Positions 22,711-32,784 of a DNA stretch of 64,000 nucleotides are shown in pieces. Made by a program: the position numbers and the translations under genes. Each line of letters begins with the position of its first letter. Within the stretch, counting starts at the first letter, position 1. The DNA lies in the NCBI GenBank assembly GCA_965218975.1, contig OZ244717.1, forward strand, positions 192,001 to 256,000, given 5' to 3'. The notes below the pieces were generated by a model. That model did no database searches, was not told where the DNA came from, and was given only the letters and a program-made list of their open reading frames with translations. This DNA comes from Candidatus Oxydemutatoraceae bacterium. Its GTDB lineage: Bacteria; Pseudomonadota; Gammaproteobacteria; Poriferisulfidales; Oxydemutatoraceae.

Positions 22711-23639
22711 TACAGATTCACCAACATACCGTCCGCGGAAACTTCCCATCCCGCTGCTTCAACGATTCGTCGCTCATGAGAATCATTCAATAAGACCGGA
22801 TTGGTATTATTAATATGAATGTAGATTTTCCGCTGCACGTCGATATCCCTGAATCCTGCCAGCGAACCATCGTTGCCACTCATGCTGATATGCCCCATAC
22901 GTTTACCGGTTTTATGCCCGACGCCCATTGTAATCATTTCGTCGTCGCGGAATAAAGTACCGTCAAAAAAAACAAGGGCGGCGCCGTCAAGCCGCTCTCT
23001 AAGCGAGTCGCTAAGAGCGGCGCATCCGGGGATATAATAAAAAGAAGTTTCATTGCGGAGGTCTTTGACGTGTAGGCCGACCGTGTCGCCTTCGCGAGTG
23101 CCAAAGTTATTGCCCTGACTTTGTTGTTCCATAAAAAGGGCCACTTTGCCGGGTACTGTAAAAGCTTCTATTCCAAGTCCAAGCTGTTGGCTCTGCGGAC
23201 CGGTAAGTGAAAAAGGATTATTCAGAGCAAAAGTGTCGCGTTCTACGTAGTCCGGATTCAGCACGTTGAATACCGTGTTCGTTTCAAGAATATTATGTAC
23301 TCTGTCGGATGCATAAATACGGAACGGAGTGCTTTCTCTCATCGTCAAAAGCCCGGCAATATGATCAATATCGCCGTTCGTCAAAACAACGGCTTTAATC
23401 GGGCTGCTCCTGAGACCGTCGCAAGGATGTAGTTGTTGGGTTTGATTGATCTGCTGACGCAGATCAGGAGAGCAGTTCAGCAGAGCAAAATGTTCCCCGT
23501 CCGTCGTTACTGCAATAGATGACTGAGTTCTCGATTCAGCTAAAGTACTGCCCTCTCTTGCGAGACAGCAGTACTCTGAGCGACAATTCCATTGAGGGAA
23601 ACCGCCACCTGCTGCCGAACCCACCACAATAATCTGCAT
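22710..23639 (-). CDS. pqqB: PQQ biosynthesis protein B
   Basis: GSAAGGGFPQWNC, RTQSSIA, NCSPDLRQQI, MGHI, IHINNTNP. Confidence 0.98.
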   Translation of the reverse strand: MQIIVVGSAAGGGFPQWNCRSEYCCLAREGSTLAESRTQSSIAVTTDGEHFALLNCSPDLRQQINQTQQLHPCDGLRSSPIKAVVLTNGDIDHIAGLLTMRESTPFRIYASDRVHNILETNTVFNVLNPDYVERDTFALNNPFSLTGPQSQQLGLGIEAFTVPGKVALFMEQQSQGNNFGTREGDTVGLHVKDLRNETSFYYIPGCAALSDSLRERLDGAALVFFDGTLFRDDEMITMGVGHKTGKRMGHISMSGNDGSLAGFRDIDVQRKIYIHINNTNPVLLNDSHERRIVEAAGWEVSADGMLVNL

Positions 23640-23692
23640 TTAGAGATCACCTTTTTAACCGGTGGGCTCGATTTTCTTACGTCTATTTTTAT

Positions 23693-23776
23693 TTAGGAAA
23701 TTTCAGCGCAAGCATAGCAATTGATTTCCATGCCTACGGAAGTTTCTTTAATAGATGGCGTATACCACTTTTTCAT
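23693..23776 (-). CDS. pqqA: PQQ precursor peptide PqqA (27 aa; not in the ORF track)
   Basis: Manual translation MKKWYTPSIKETSVGMEINCYACAEIS*, with the E-x3-Y motif (EINCY), RBS AAGGAG, directly upstream of pqqB. Confidence 0.95.
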   Translation of the reverse strand: MKKWYTPSIKETSVGMEINCYACAEIS

Positions 23777-23970
23777 ATTTTCTCTCCTTTAATATCATCT
23801 ATAGTCAATATCTTCCCTTAATTAAGGAAGAAGATGCTTATGAATTATATATGCCTTCATTTTGATGTCAACCTATCGCACGATATAAAATACCTATTGT
23901 GAAATATCCCGCACACAAGCTTGTTTAGGACCGCCAAATACATAACGACTTATCATGTCAACCGCCTCTA

Positions 23971-24357
23971 TTAGAAGCAGCGGATTTCAGCTTCGGCCTG
24001 GGATTTACGATATCTGTCAATCATTATGTTAGCCCATTCCGAGTTACGGAATATATCAACTCGGTCACTAGAAAGTTGTCTCATTCTGAGCACTGTTTCC
24101 GCTTCGACATACTCATCATACGTTATCGTTTCGGCAATAACGTCAATACTGCATGAACATTTTTCCAGCATGACCTCGGTTTGATCATTACTGCTCATAC
24201 AGGCAAATACATACTCCGCAAGCGCTCTGGTCGGAAAGTCATTGCCGGCAGCGGCAGGCTGACAGAAAATAAGCATCAGAACCGTTAAACTAACACTGCG
24301 TTTGAAGCAGACTACTTGTTTCATTTCCAACATCGCTATAACCAAACTATTCGACAA
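23971..24357 (-). CDS. Exported four-Cys hypothetical protein of the xox operon
   Basis: Signal-peptide-like N-terminus; YVFACM..KCSCSID..EIRCF; overlaps the upstream gene. Confidence 0.75.
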   Translation of the reverse strand: MSNSLVIAMLEMKQVVCFKRSVSLTVLMLIFCQPAAAGNDFPTRALAEYVFACMSSNDQTEVMLEKCSCSIDVIAETITYDEYVEAETVLRMRQLSSDRVDIFRNSEWANIMIDRYRKSQAEAEIRCF

Positions 24358-25051
24358 AGGCAGCTTCCGGTCTAACTCGGCTGAATATCATTTCAGCTCG
24401 CTCGCTGGGTTCGTCTTCGGAATTATTGCCGCCCGGAATTATCGTTTTAATACTATGGATTCCTCCCGGCACATCTTTGGACAAAAAAAATTCATAACGC
24501 TTATTCATAAAGTTGCGGTATTTATCGGTATCATCAACGCCCTTGAACGGTTCAAGTGATATATGTTTCCCCGCAATACGGTTTCCCGCATACGACAAAG
24601 TAATATCGCTACTCTTCGCCTCGTTGACAAAAGCGTTACGTATCATATAACGAAAATAATCCTGCAACACTTTGTTGGTGCTGTCCATTTTCTCCACATC
24701 CCATTGTAAAAACAGCATGATCAGCGGGTTGGACCGAAAATTCTCAATCTTGTTATATGCCCGATGGTTATCGCCGCTCAAAAATACAGGTTGTATATCT
24801 TTCCTGCCGTTTTCTTCTATATTAACAATTTCTATCGTGACCAGGTCGTTGATCTCGTTCGTATCGGAACCCGATTGGCGAAAATCATAATAAAGCGTCG
24901 CTTTACGGTCTATATTTTGTAGATGTTGGTTGGCAAACAACAACATTTGTGCTTCGCTGTAATCAGAGCTGTTTTGACCGGACAATATGCCCGGTACGAT
25001 GATTAAAGTAACGATAGCAATCCTAATCAGTAATTTTTTTAGTGGGATCAT
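24347..25051 (-). CDS. Exported hypothetical protein of the xox operon
   Basis: 234-aa ORF with a signal peptide, translationally coupled to both neighbours. Confidence 0.75.
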   Translation of the reverse strand: MIPLKKLLIRIAIVTLIIVPGILSGQNSSDYSEAQMLLFANQHLQNIDRKATLYYDFRQSGSDTNEINDLVTIEIVNIEENGRKDIQPVFLSGDNHRAYNKIENFRSNPLIMLFLQWDVEKMDSTNKVLQDYFRYMIRNAFVNEAKSSDITLSYAGNRIAGKHISLEPFKGVDDTDKYRNFMNKRYEFFLSKDVPGGIHSIKTIIPGGNNSEDEPSERAEMIFSRVRPEAAFVE

Positions 25052-25773
25052 TGGTATCGCTCTCCGTCAGAACGCAACGTTTCCACAGGCATTTCCACCG
25101 GCTCACCAGCGGTTAATTCATAACCCAGGGCCTCCCACTCATCGGTGCCGCCAGGAAACCAGTGCACATTTTTAAACCCCAGCGCAAGCGCTCTTTTAGC
25201 CACATTCCATGACATCCAACAATCCGCAGCACAATAAAAAACAAGGCGTCTTTGTTGTTTATCTGCGACCAGCAGCTTCAGGTTCGTTATCAGATATTCC
25301 CTAAATTCAGGAGAGATCGTGCCATAGCCAACATTAGGTAACCAGACACTATCGGGTAAGTTGTAGCGTGTCGGCGGACGCCATAAACGATCGGCCGGGA
25401 AATCAGGGGGCTTGGGATGCAACGGCATAACGTCAATCAAGGCAGCTTCATGTTTGTCATCATTGATTAACGCGTATAGCTCGATCGCGTCAATGACGGT
25501 TGCGCCACGCAAAGTCGCCGGCACCGGCGCTCGATAATTCTCCATGCGATAACCATCCGGCTCGGTAATGCTACCGGAACCGGAAACTCCGGTTTGCGCC
25601 AGTAACGAAGCGACAATCCAAATAACTTTCATCATGGGATTATGAATAATAATGTGTTTTATCCATTTATCTTCTATGCCGTTACTCTGCAGCGGCGGCT
25701 CATGCCAACAAATGTCGGTCCTGATTCCATAGGCTGAGTACGTAGGTGTGGAACCATAGGAAACAGCTTTCAT
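25048..25773 (-). CDS. Rhodanese-like PQQ-catabolism-associated CXXCW protein (start may be 25635)
   Basis: YRAPVPATL.GA, WLPNVGYG, FYCAADCWMSWN, WFPGGTDEW. Confidence 0.85.
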   Translation of the reverse strand: MKAVSYGSTPTYSAYGIRTDICWHEPPLQSNGIEDKWIKHIIIHNPMMKVIWIVASLLAQTGVSGSGSITEPDGYRMENYRAPVPATLRGATVIDAIELYALINDDKHEAALIDVMPLHPKPPDFPADRLWRPPTRYNLPDSVWLPNVGYGTISPEFREYLITNLKLLVADKQQRRLVFYCAADCWMSWNVAKRALALGFKNVHWFPGGTDEWEALGYELTAGEPVEMPVETLRSDGERYQ

Positions 25774-26600
25774 TCTGTTGTTACCAAAGGCACATTATAC
25801 TGTGACAACACCGTGTGTATTTTTTCTTTGTTGCGGTGCAAAAATGTATTCAGCCGCCGCTTCCATTTTACCTCACCGAATCTGACTCCTAAGGTCACAC
25901 TATAAATCATACGATGCTTATCCGAATGGTCCGCTAGCAGCGGCACTACTTTGAGTTGATTGTCATAGATTTTATTCAGATAACCTACAAGCGGCCCCCA
26001 GAGAATAGCGCAATCAAGTTTTCCCGACAACAAATCTTTTACGATCTGTTGTGCGGGAGCATCCACCCGGGTATCAACCACCAAATGGTACGAAGCAACT
26101 TGCTCCATCAGGCCTTTTTCAATCAACAAACCTGTCGGCGGTGTCCCGGCGATCAGACCAATCCGCATGTTTTTGTCTTTTAATCGAGGGTTTGACAAAG
26201 AACGCAGTTCGTAGCCAGCATCCGCCAGGTAAACCAGCGAAAAAACCGAAGAATAATAGGGGTTGGTATTCAGCAGCGTCTCGTTTCCGGATGACACTCC
26301 CATAATGAGGTCACATCTTCTGGCTTGCAGGGTAGTGCGGACAAACCCCATGCTTTGCGGAAACCAATAATAGGAAAGCGGCACATTAAGGTCTGCGGCA
26401 ATAAACTCGGCTATCTTATTTTCAAACCCCTGTTGCGCCCTGTTGGAATACGGCAGATTGTTAGGGTCTGAGCAAACACGCAAAGCGGTCCGTTCCCGCG
26501 GCTCGGTACTATTATCAGCGGCATTCGGCGTTGGTGAAACGCAAAGTAAAATAACCAGACATATCAACCCTAAACAACTCTCATTATTCCGGATGTTCAA
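25770..26600 (-). CDS. xoxJ: XoxJ/MxaJ-like periplasmic binding protein
   Basis: LRVCSDPNNLPYSN...GFENKIAE...GFVRTTL..RRCD; follows xoxF-xoxG. Confidence 0.9.
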   Translation of the reverse strand: MNIRNNESCLGLICLVILLCVSPTPNAADNSTEPRERTALRVCSDPNNLPYSNRAQQGFENKIAEFIAADLNVPLSYYWFPQSMGFVRTTLQARRCDLIMGVSSGNETLLNTNPYYSSVFSLVYLADAGYELRSLSNPRLKDKNMRIGLIAGTPPTGLLIEKGLMEQVASYHLVVDTRVDAPAQQIVKDLLSGKLDCAILWGPLVGYLNKIYDNQLKVVPLLADHSDKHRMIYSVTLGVRFGEVKWKRRLNTFLHRNKEKIHTVLSQYNVPLVTTE

Positions 26601-26618
26601 GGCAATAAGATATCGGAT

Positions 26619-27086
26619 TTAATTACCGAAGCAGGCATTATCGCGTTCGATTGCCTCCTTTGGTTTGGCCACGCGGTCCGGACGTCCCGGAGCAACAGCT
26701 CCGTCCGCTCGTGCAACAAGATAAGCATAGATATCATCCAGGAAACACATCACGTTTAAGTTGGTTGCGAACCCGGGCATAACGTTCTGCGTAGCGGTGC
26801 CGACGTTCACTCTGCCATTGACAACAATCTCCAAAAATTTTCCGTAGCCGAGAGTTTTCACGGATTCCAGCAGGTTCGGAGCAAAAGAACTGCCCATCCC
26901 GGCCGGCCCATGGCATACGTGACATTCGGAATGATAACGGCGGAAGCCGCTAAAGGTGTACCAATCAACCTTACCGTCTGCGGTAATCCGATAGGGTTTA
27001 TCCTGACCGTCTCCGTTACTAGCAATGGCGACAGACACGAAGGTTAAAAGAGCAAAGCTCAGTAACGCAAAAAACAGCTCTTTCAT
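26619..27086 (-). CDS. xoxG: XoxG-type cytochrome c
   Basis: Signal peptide, DWYTFSGFRRYHSECHVCHG (CxxCH), VMPGF; directly downstream of xoxF. Confidence 0.88.
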   Translation of the reverse strand: MKELFFALLSFALLTFVSVAIASNGDGQDKPYRITADGKVDWYTFSGFRRYHSECHVCHGPAGMGSSFAPNLLESVKTLGYGKFLEIVVNGRVNVGTATQNVMPGFATNLNVMCFLDDIYAYLVARADGAVAPGRPDRVAKPKEAIERDNACFGN

Positions 27087-27136
27087 GGAAACTTCTTCCT
27101 CCCTCAAGTCAAATCGGTCAATTTAACCAAGCGGTT

Positions 27137-27184
27137 AAAAAAAACCTGCATCCGAAACAGAGACGAACTCTACCCCGGATGCAG
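27137..27184 (-). terminator. Intrinsic terminator/attenuator between xoxF and xoxG
   Basis: Minus strand: CTGCATCCG...CGGATGCAG 9-bp stem followed by GTTTTTTTT. Confidence 0.7.
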
Positions 27185-27199
27185 AATCTTAACTCTCAA

Positions 27200-29014
27200 C
27201 TACAGTGAGAAGACGAATAAAGTGCCTCCTAAACGAGTATAGTTTTCAAGATGACGATAACCTCCGACAGCGCCCAAACCATCACGGTCTCCCGTTAAGC
27301 CTGCGGCCATACCGATACCGGCCCAACCACCAATGCCTGACAGAATAGCAATATACTGCTTCCCACCGTGCATGTAGGTCGTGACGTTGCCGATAATCCC
27401 GGAGGGTGTCTTGAAGCGATAAAGCTCTTTGCCTGTCTTGTGATCGACGGCTTTTAAGTAACCTTCCAAAGTGCCATAAAACACGATGCCACCACCGGTT
27501 GCTAAAGCACCGCTCCAAACTGAAAACTTCTCGTCAATTGCCCAGGCTTCTTTGCCGGTACCGGCATTCCAGGCAATAAACCGACCCATGTCCGGGCCCC
27601 TGTCAGTGCGGCCAGGAGCCGTCGGGGCGGGAAACATATCCAGGTTCGCCCCCACATACGGCTGACCCGCAGTGTAGCTAACCCTGAAAGGCTCGTAGTT
27701 CATGCACACATGGTTAGTCGGAACATAGAACAGATTAGTCATCGGCGAGAAGGAAGCCGGTTGCTGGTCTTTGGTGCCCAACGCAGCCGGACAAATATCT
27801 TTTGATAACACATCCTCACCGTTGTACTCGGTTCTGTACTTGTTCACCATCATTGGCCGTCCGGTTTTCATATCGATGCCCGTCGCCCAGTTGACCACGT
27901 CATCGTACTTCTCCGCAACCAACAGTTCACCTGAGACTCGGTCCAGAGTATAACCAAACCCGTTACGGTCGAAATGCACCACGGTTTTGCGCATCTTGCC
28001 ATTGACCGGAATATCAGCGAGAATCATCTCATTGATTCCGTCATAATCCCACTCGTCATGTGGCGTCATTTGATAGACCCACTTGGCGAAGCCGGAATCG
28101 GCATCACGCGCAAAAATGGTCATGGACCAACGGTTGTCACCCGGGCGTTGCTTCGGATTCCACGTGCTTGGATTACCTGAGCCGTAATAGACCAGATTCA
28201 GGTCGGGGTCGTAGGAATACCAACCCCAAGTGGTACCGCCGCCGATCTTCCATTGATCGCCTTCCCAGGTATCAGTGCCCGAACCCTTACCGACGGACTT
28301 CCCAAGATGCGTGGTCTTGGGTCCCATCAACGTATCCGAATCCGGACCCATTGAGTAGCCACGCCAGACACGCTTGCCGGAATTAACGTCGTATGCGGTT
28401 AGATGGCCGCGAACACCGAATTCACCGCCGCTAATACCGACATAAACTTTATCCTTGACAACCATGGGTGCCGATGTACCCGTTTCCCCCTTGGAAATAT
28501 CACCGTTGGATACACTCCACATTTTTTTGCCGGTTTTCGCATCCAAGGCAACCAACGTCGCATCCGCTTGATACAGGAAGATTTTGCCGTCGCTGTATGC
28601 AACACCGCGGTTAACCGTGTCACAGCACATCACCGGTATAGTGGCCGGATTCTGCTTGGGTTCATATTCCCATACGATCCTTTGGTTATCACTCAGGTCC
28701 AGTGCGAATACCTTGTTAGGAAAAGGTGTATGCACATACATCATGTCACCGATAATCAAAGGGCCACCTTCGTGACCGCGAAGAACACCAGTCGAGAATG
28801 TCCATGCAACCTTTAAGTCTTTAACATTACCGGAATTGATCTGCTTCAGTTCGGAATATCGATGATTGGCGTAGTTACCTGTAGGCATCACCCATTGATT
28901 CGGGTCTTGCGACATTTTCATCAACATGGTGTTCGCCTGCACACCCGCCATTCCGACAAGGCACATCATCCCGACAGTCAAGACCGAGATTAAATGTTTA
29001 GGGTTTTTTAACAT
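27200..29014 (-). CDS. xoxF: Lanthanide-dependent PQQ methanol dehydrogenase XoxF (XoxF5-like)
   Basis: [11 protein letters not shown], vicinal Cys [10 protein letters not shown], and [10 protein letters not shown] with the extra lanthanide-binding Asp (D-Y-D). Confidence 0.97.
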   Translation of the reverse strand: MLKNPKHLISVLTVGMMCLVGMAGVQANTMLMKMSQDPNQWVMPTGNYANHRYSELKQINSGNVKDLKVAWTFSTGVLRGHEGGPLIIGDMMYVHTPFPNKVFALDLSDNQRIVWEYEPKQNPATIPVMCCDTVNRGVAYSDGKIFLYQADATLVALDAKTGKKMWSVSNGDISKGETGTSAPMVVKDKVYVGISGGEFGVRGHLTAYDVNSGKRVWRGYSMGPDSDTLMGPKTTHLGKSVGKGSGTDTWEGDQWKIGGGTTWGWYSYDPDLNLVYYGSGNPSTWNPKQRPGDNRWSMTIFARDADSGFAKWVYQMTPHDEWDYDGINEMILADIPVNGKMRKTVVHFDRNGFGYTLDRVSGELLVAEKYDDVVNWATGIDMKTGRPMMVNKYRTEYNGEDVLSKDICPAALGTKDQQPASFSPMTNLFYVPTNHVCMNYEPFRVSYTAGQPYVGANLDMFPAPTAPGRTDRGPDMGRFIAWNAGTGKEAWAIDEKFSVWSGALATGGGIVFYGTLEGYLKAVDHKTGKELYRFKTPSGIIGNVTTYMHGGKQYIAILSGIGGWAGIGMAAGLTGDRDGLGAVGGYRHLENYTRLGGTLFVFSL

Positions 29015-29228
29015 ATAAAGTCCCTCCTTTAAATTTGTTAATTTGTTAATCCAGTGATTTTGTCAACAGCCCAAAAACGACCGGCTTTCCAACGAGCAAT
29101 GTCGGTTTTGAAATCCGAAGCCTTGCTGCTTGATTGCCATCATTCAAAATAACAACCTTAAGAGTGCCGTCTATCTATTCTGGGCTATGCATTAGTATAC
29201 TATACTTTTAAATGTAGTGTATAGGTTG

Positions 29229-30821
29229 TGTACGATGCCACCCTAGATGCCACCCTAAATGGGATTTTTGAAGGGCTTCGGGGGAAGCGTTCGGCAGTAA
29301 CATTCGGATCGGTGCTTTCTGTCCGTTGCCGGCATGAGGACGGTGCAGGGTGAGACGCGCTCGGAAAACCGATCGGTTTTCAGCGGCGAACGACCCGACA
29401 AGGACGTCGGGGCTGGTGCTCATTGACAGAACCAAGTCTCGTCATGGGTGAGACGCGCCCGGAAAACCAATTGGTTTTCAGCGGTGAACGACCCGACAAG
29501 GACGTCGGGGCTGGCGCTTGTTGACAGAACCCAGTCGCGTCATGGATGACAGGCACTTTGCCGACAATCCGGCACAATCCGCCGACAACACGGCAACAAA
29601 CACAAAACGGTTTCATAACTGGTCATTGAATGCTTCCGTATCGGCGAATAGCAGGTCTTCCGCATGATTGATACAATATCTTCTTGGACGGTGCGGTTGA
29701 AGCGCTTGATGTGCGCGTTCATTTTTGGACACTTGGGATAGGTCAGCCACTGCTCAATCACGGGTGATTCCCGGATGAGCCGGGCAAACTGTCCTTGAAA
29801 CTCACTACCGCCGTCCGTCAGGGTGAGACGCGCCCGGAAAACCGATCGGTTTTCAGCGGCGAACGACCCGACAAGGATGTCGGGGCTGAGGCTTGTTGAC
29901 AGAACCCAGTCGCGTCATGGGTGAGACGCGCCCGGAAAACCAATTGGTTTTCAGCGGTGAACGACCCGACAAGGATGTCGGGGCTGGGGCTTGTTGACAG
30001 AACCCAGTCGCGTCATGGATGACAGGCACTTTGCCGACAATCCGGCACAATCCGCCGACAACACGGCAACAAACACAAAACGGTTTCATCAGCTCAAAGA
30101 TTTTACTGCTGCCGAGATTCGCCAAAGCTGCCGAAATTCTGCCCGGCGTAGGGTGAGACGCGCTCGGAAAACCAATTGGTTTTCAGCGGTGAACGACCCG
30201 ACAAGGATGTCGGGGCTGAGGCTTGTTGACAGAACCCAGTCGCGTCATGGATGACAGGCACTTTGCCGACAATCCGGCACAATCCGCCGACAACACGGCA
30301 ACAAACACAAAACGGTTTCATCAGCTCAAAGATTTTACTGCTGCCGAGATTCGCCAAAGCTGCCGAAATTCTGCCCGGCGTAGGGTGAGACGCGCCCGGA
30401 AAACCAATTGGTTTTCAGCGGTGAACGACCCGACAAGGACGTCGGGGCTGGAGCTTGTTGACAGAACCCAGTCGCGTCATGGACGACAGGCACTTTGCCG
30501 ACAATCCGGCACAATCCGCCGACGCCTCTTGCGCGGCGCTTTGCCGCGGTCATGCAAGGCGCTGAGTCCAGTGCGGCGATAACGTCGGCGCCAGCGGTAC
30601 AAAGTACTGCGACCAACCTTGAATGCGTTTAGGGTTACAATCCTCCCAAAATAACAGGGTATCGTGTTTCTGTTGAGCCGTTGTGTTCATAATAGCCTCT
30701 ATTTTTGAAGCAAAATGGGCTCATATAGAAACCTTTGATGCGGTGGCCGATGTGCTGATATTGCATATCAGTCACCTTTTCGAGTCGTGCCGTGAATCCC
30801 ATATGTATCTGGCACTATACA
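29229..30821 (-). mobile_element. IS481-like remnant with both ends, interleaved with 6 modules
   Basis: Right end at 29229; left end TGTATAGTGCCAGATACATATGGGATT at 30821; MQYQHIGHRIKGFY start; modules at 29348, 29446, 29821, 29919, 30151 and 30383. Confidence 0.88.
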
Positions 30822-30834
30822 CTAAGGAGGAATT

Positions 30835-31263
30835 ATGTATTTCTGTGGCACTGATAAATCTTTCCGGGAGAATACTCCATGCGGGCTTTCTCGCGGCATA
30901 CTAATCTTTTTATCAGTCTGCCTTACGTTTTTGAGCGGAACGCTTTATGCCGGCGATATCGACAACGGCAAAAAAGTGTTTGTGAAATGTCAAGCGTGTC
31001 ATTCGGTGGAAAAAGACATCAGCAAAATCGGTCCCAGCTTATACGGTGTTTTCGGTCGCAAGTCCGGAACGCTTGCAAGCTTCTCTAATTATACGGAAGC
31101 GATGAAAACGGCGAATATCACTTGGGAGAAAAAAACGCTTAGTGAATTTTTGAAAGCGCCGCGCAGCTATGTGCCGAATACGTTGATGATCTTTCCCGGA
31201 TTAAACAACGACAAAGAGATAGACGATCTCCTGACTTACCTGGAATTGATTGTCCCTAAATAG
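30835..31263 (+). CDS. Class I cytochrome c (c2/c550-like)
   Basis: RBS AAGGAGG; GKKVFVKCQACH, IGPSLYGV, VPNTLMIFPG. Confidence 0.92.
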   Translation: MYFCGTDKSFRENTPCGLSRGILIFLSVCLTFLSGTLYAGDIDNGKKVFVKCQACHSVEKDISKIGPSLYGVFGRKSGTLASFSNYTEAMKTANITWEKKTLSEFLKAPRSYVPNTLMIFPGLNNDKEIDDLLTYLELIVPK

Positions 31264-31430
31264 AATAATACGGGCTTTGTTGGTCCGGATTCGACCTATG
31301 CCGACAACCGACCTGAACCTTACGGCGGCGTCATTGTCAACATTAATATCTACTCGTTTGTGCCGACCTGAACGAGTAGATGAGTTCTTGCCTTGTGCAG
31401 GAGCAAGGCATTGCCTCTCGCTTTATGACA

Positions 31431-31949
31431 TTAGCTACAGGGATTTCCGCGTGTTTCAAGGGTCCGCAGTCTAAGCGCATAAACGACCGCGGCATTCAGC
31501 AATGCATCGGAACGCATGGCATGACCGGTGACAATGTTTAAAACGTTGCGGCGGCAAAACTTGCTCCTAGAACGATTCTTTGAGGTATCGAGGTTGTAAA
31601 ACCAGGATTGCTTGCCCTGTTCAGAATCAACGATGGCAAGCAGTTCATCGGCATTGATATCAACGATAAACTCCCGTACGCCTCGCTTGAATGCCGTTCG
31701 GAAAGCCTGCCTTACCGCAGCCGCATCGCCGAGAACCACGGTTTCGAGAGCGTACGGCTGATCAAAAAACCGGCCAGTGGCACTGCTAGCCGTTTGCTTT
31801 ACATCGTCCTGCGGCGATGGTCCCTGTATCTGTTTGAGGAAAACGATCGCAACATGCTCCCCTTCATCGGCTACGGCCGCCCATGCAAATATATGCAGCA
31901 AAACAAAACACAGCGCAGCAGGCAGTTGTTTATCCGATATATATCTCAT
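31431..31949 (-). CDS. Truncated paralogue of the substrate-binding protein at 34513-35697
   Basis: Aligns by eye with its N-terminal half (FIVD...LL.I.DSEQGKQ.WFYN...CR.NV...AM..DAL). Confidence 0.65.
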   Translation of the reverse strand: MRYISDKQLPAALCFVLLHIFAWAAVADEGEHVAIVFLKQIQGPSPQDDVKQTASSATGRFFDQPYALETVVLGDAAAVRQAFRTAFKRGVREFIVDINADELLAIVDSEQGKQSWFYNLDTSKNRSRSKFCRRNVLNIVTGHAMRSDALLNAAVVYALRLRTLETRGNPCS

Positions 31950-31971
31950 TGATAAACTCCGGACTGCTCGT

Positions 31972-32775
31972 CTATTGTTTTTTCCTTGTATCAAACAAGC
32001 GCGCGCGCGCCGGGTTATAACCATAAATTGCCAAAACGACAAAAAACAGGGTGGTCGCGACAACAATGATAAACGCCGTGACGTTTAATCTTGCATATAA
32101 CGCAAAACGAATCAGCTCCACCGCGTATGTGAACGGATTATAGTAACAAATGTCGTGCAGTAATACGCTGGACTCCTTGATACGCCACAGGGGGTAAAGT
32201 GCGGACGATGTAAAGAACATCGGGAAGATAATGAAGTTCATAATGCCCGCGAAGTTTTCCAGCCGCTTGATCACGGAAGATAAAAACAATCCCAGCGACC
32301 CCAGCATAAGCCCGCTCAGAAACAACATCGGCAACAGACTCAGGTAACCGACCGGCGGAGGGCGCACTTCCCAGAACCATGCGATCAACAAAAATACATA
32401 GACCTGTAAAACCGAGATCAGGGTCCCTGCAAACAATTTGCAACACAGCAGGAACCATCGCGGCGCGGGACTGGCAAGCAGAACTCTCATGCTTCCCATC
32501 TCGCGATCATAAACCATTGACAGGGACGTCTGCATACCGCTAAACAGCAGAATCATCCCAATCAGCCCCGGCGTGATATATTCTTCGTAAAGCACATAAG
32601 TTTCGTAGGGCGGGATGATTGAAACGCCGAGCACCGAGCGGAATCCTGCCGCAAAAATAAACAACCACACCAACGGCCTGACGAGCGCAGCAACGAAACG
32701 TTCGCGCTGCTGCAAAAAACGCAGCATCTCACGCTGGAGTATCCCGGCCATAGGATAAAGATAAAACCTAATCAT
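31972..32775 (-). CDS. ABC-2 permease of a PQQ-ADH-associated (PedC/LutF-like) transporter
   Basis: LVRPLVWLFIFAAGF, SLSMVYDREMGSMR, LENFAG.MNF.IFPMFF. Confidence 0.9.
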   Translation of the reverse strand: MIRFYLYPMAGILQREMLRFLQQRERFVAALVRPLVWLFIFAAGFRSVLGVSIIPPYETYVLYEEYITPGLIGMILLFSGMQTSLSMVYDREMGSMRVLLASPAPRWFLLCCKLFAGTLISVLQVYVFLLIAWFWEVRPPPVGYLSLLPMLFLSGLMLGSLGLFLSSVIKRLENFAGIMNFIIFPMFFTSSALYPLWRIKESSVLLHDICYYNPFTYAVELIRFALYARLNVTAFIIVVATTLFFVVLAIYGYNPARARLFDTRKKQ

Positions 32776-32784
32776 GATCGCCGG

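Noticed and set aside
27200-29014. Calcium-dependent mxaF
   Set aside because: The D-Y-D motif is present and no mxaI lies nearby, indicating XoxF.
29423-29451. Sigma-70 promoter in each module (perfect TTGACA)
   Set aside because: No acceptable -10 hexamer 16-18 nt downstream.
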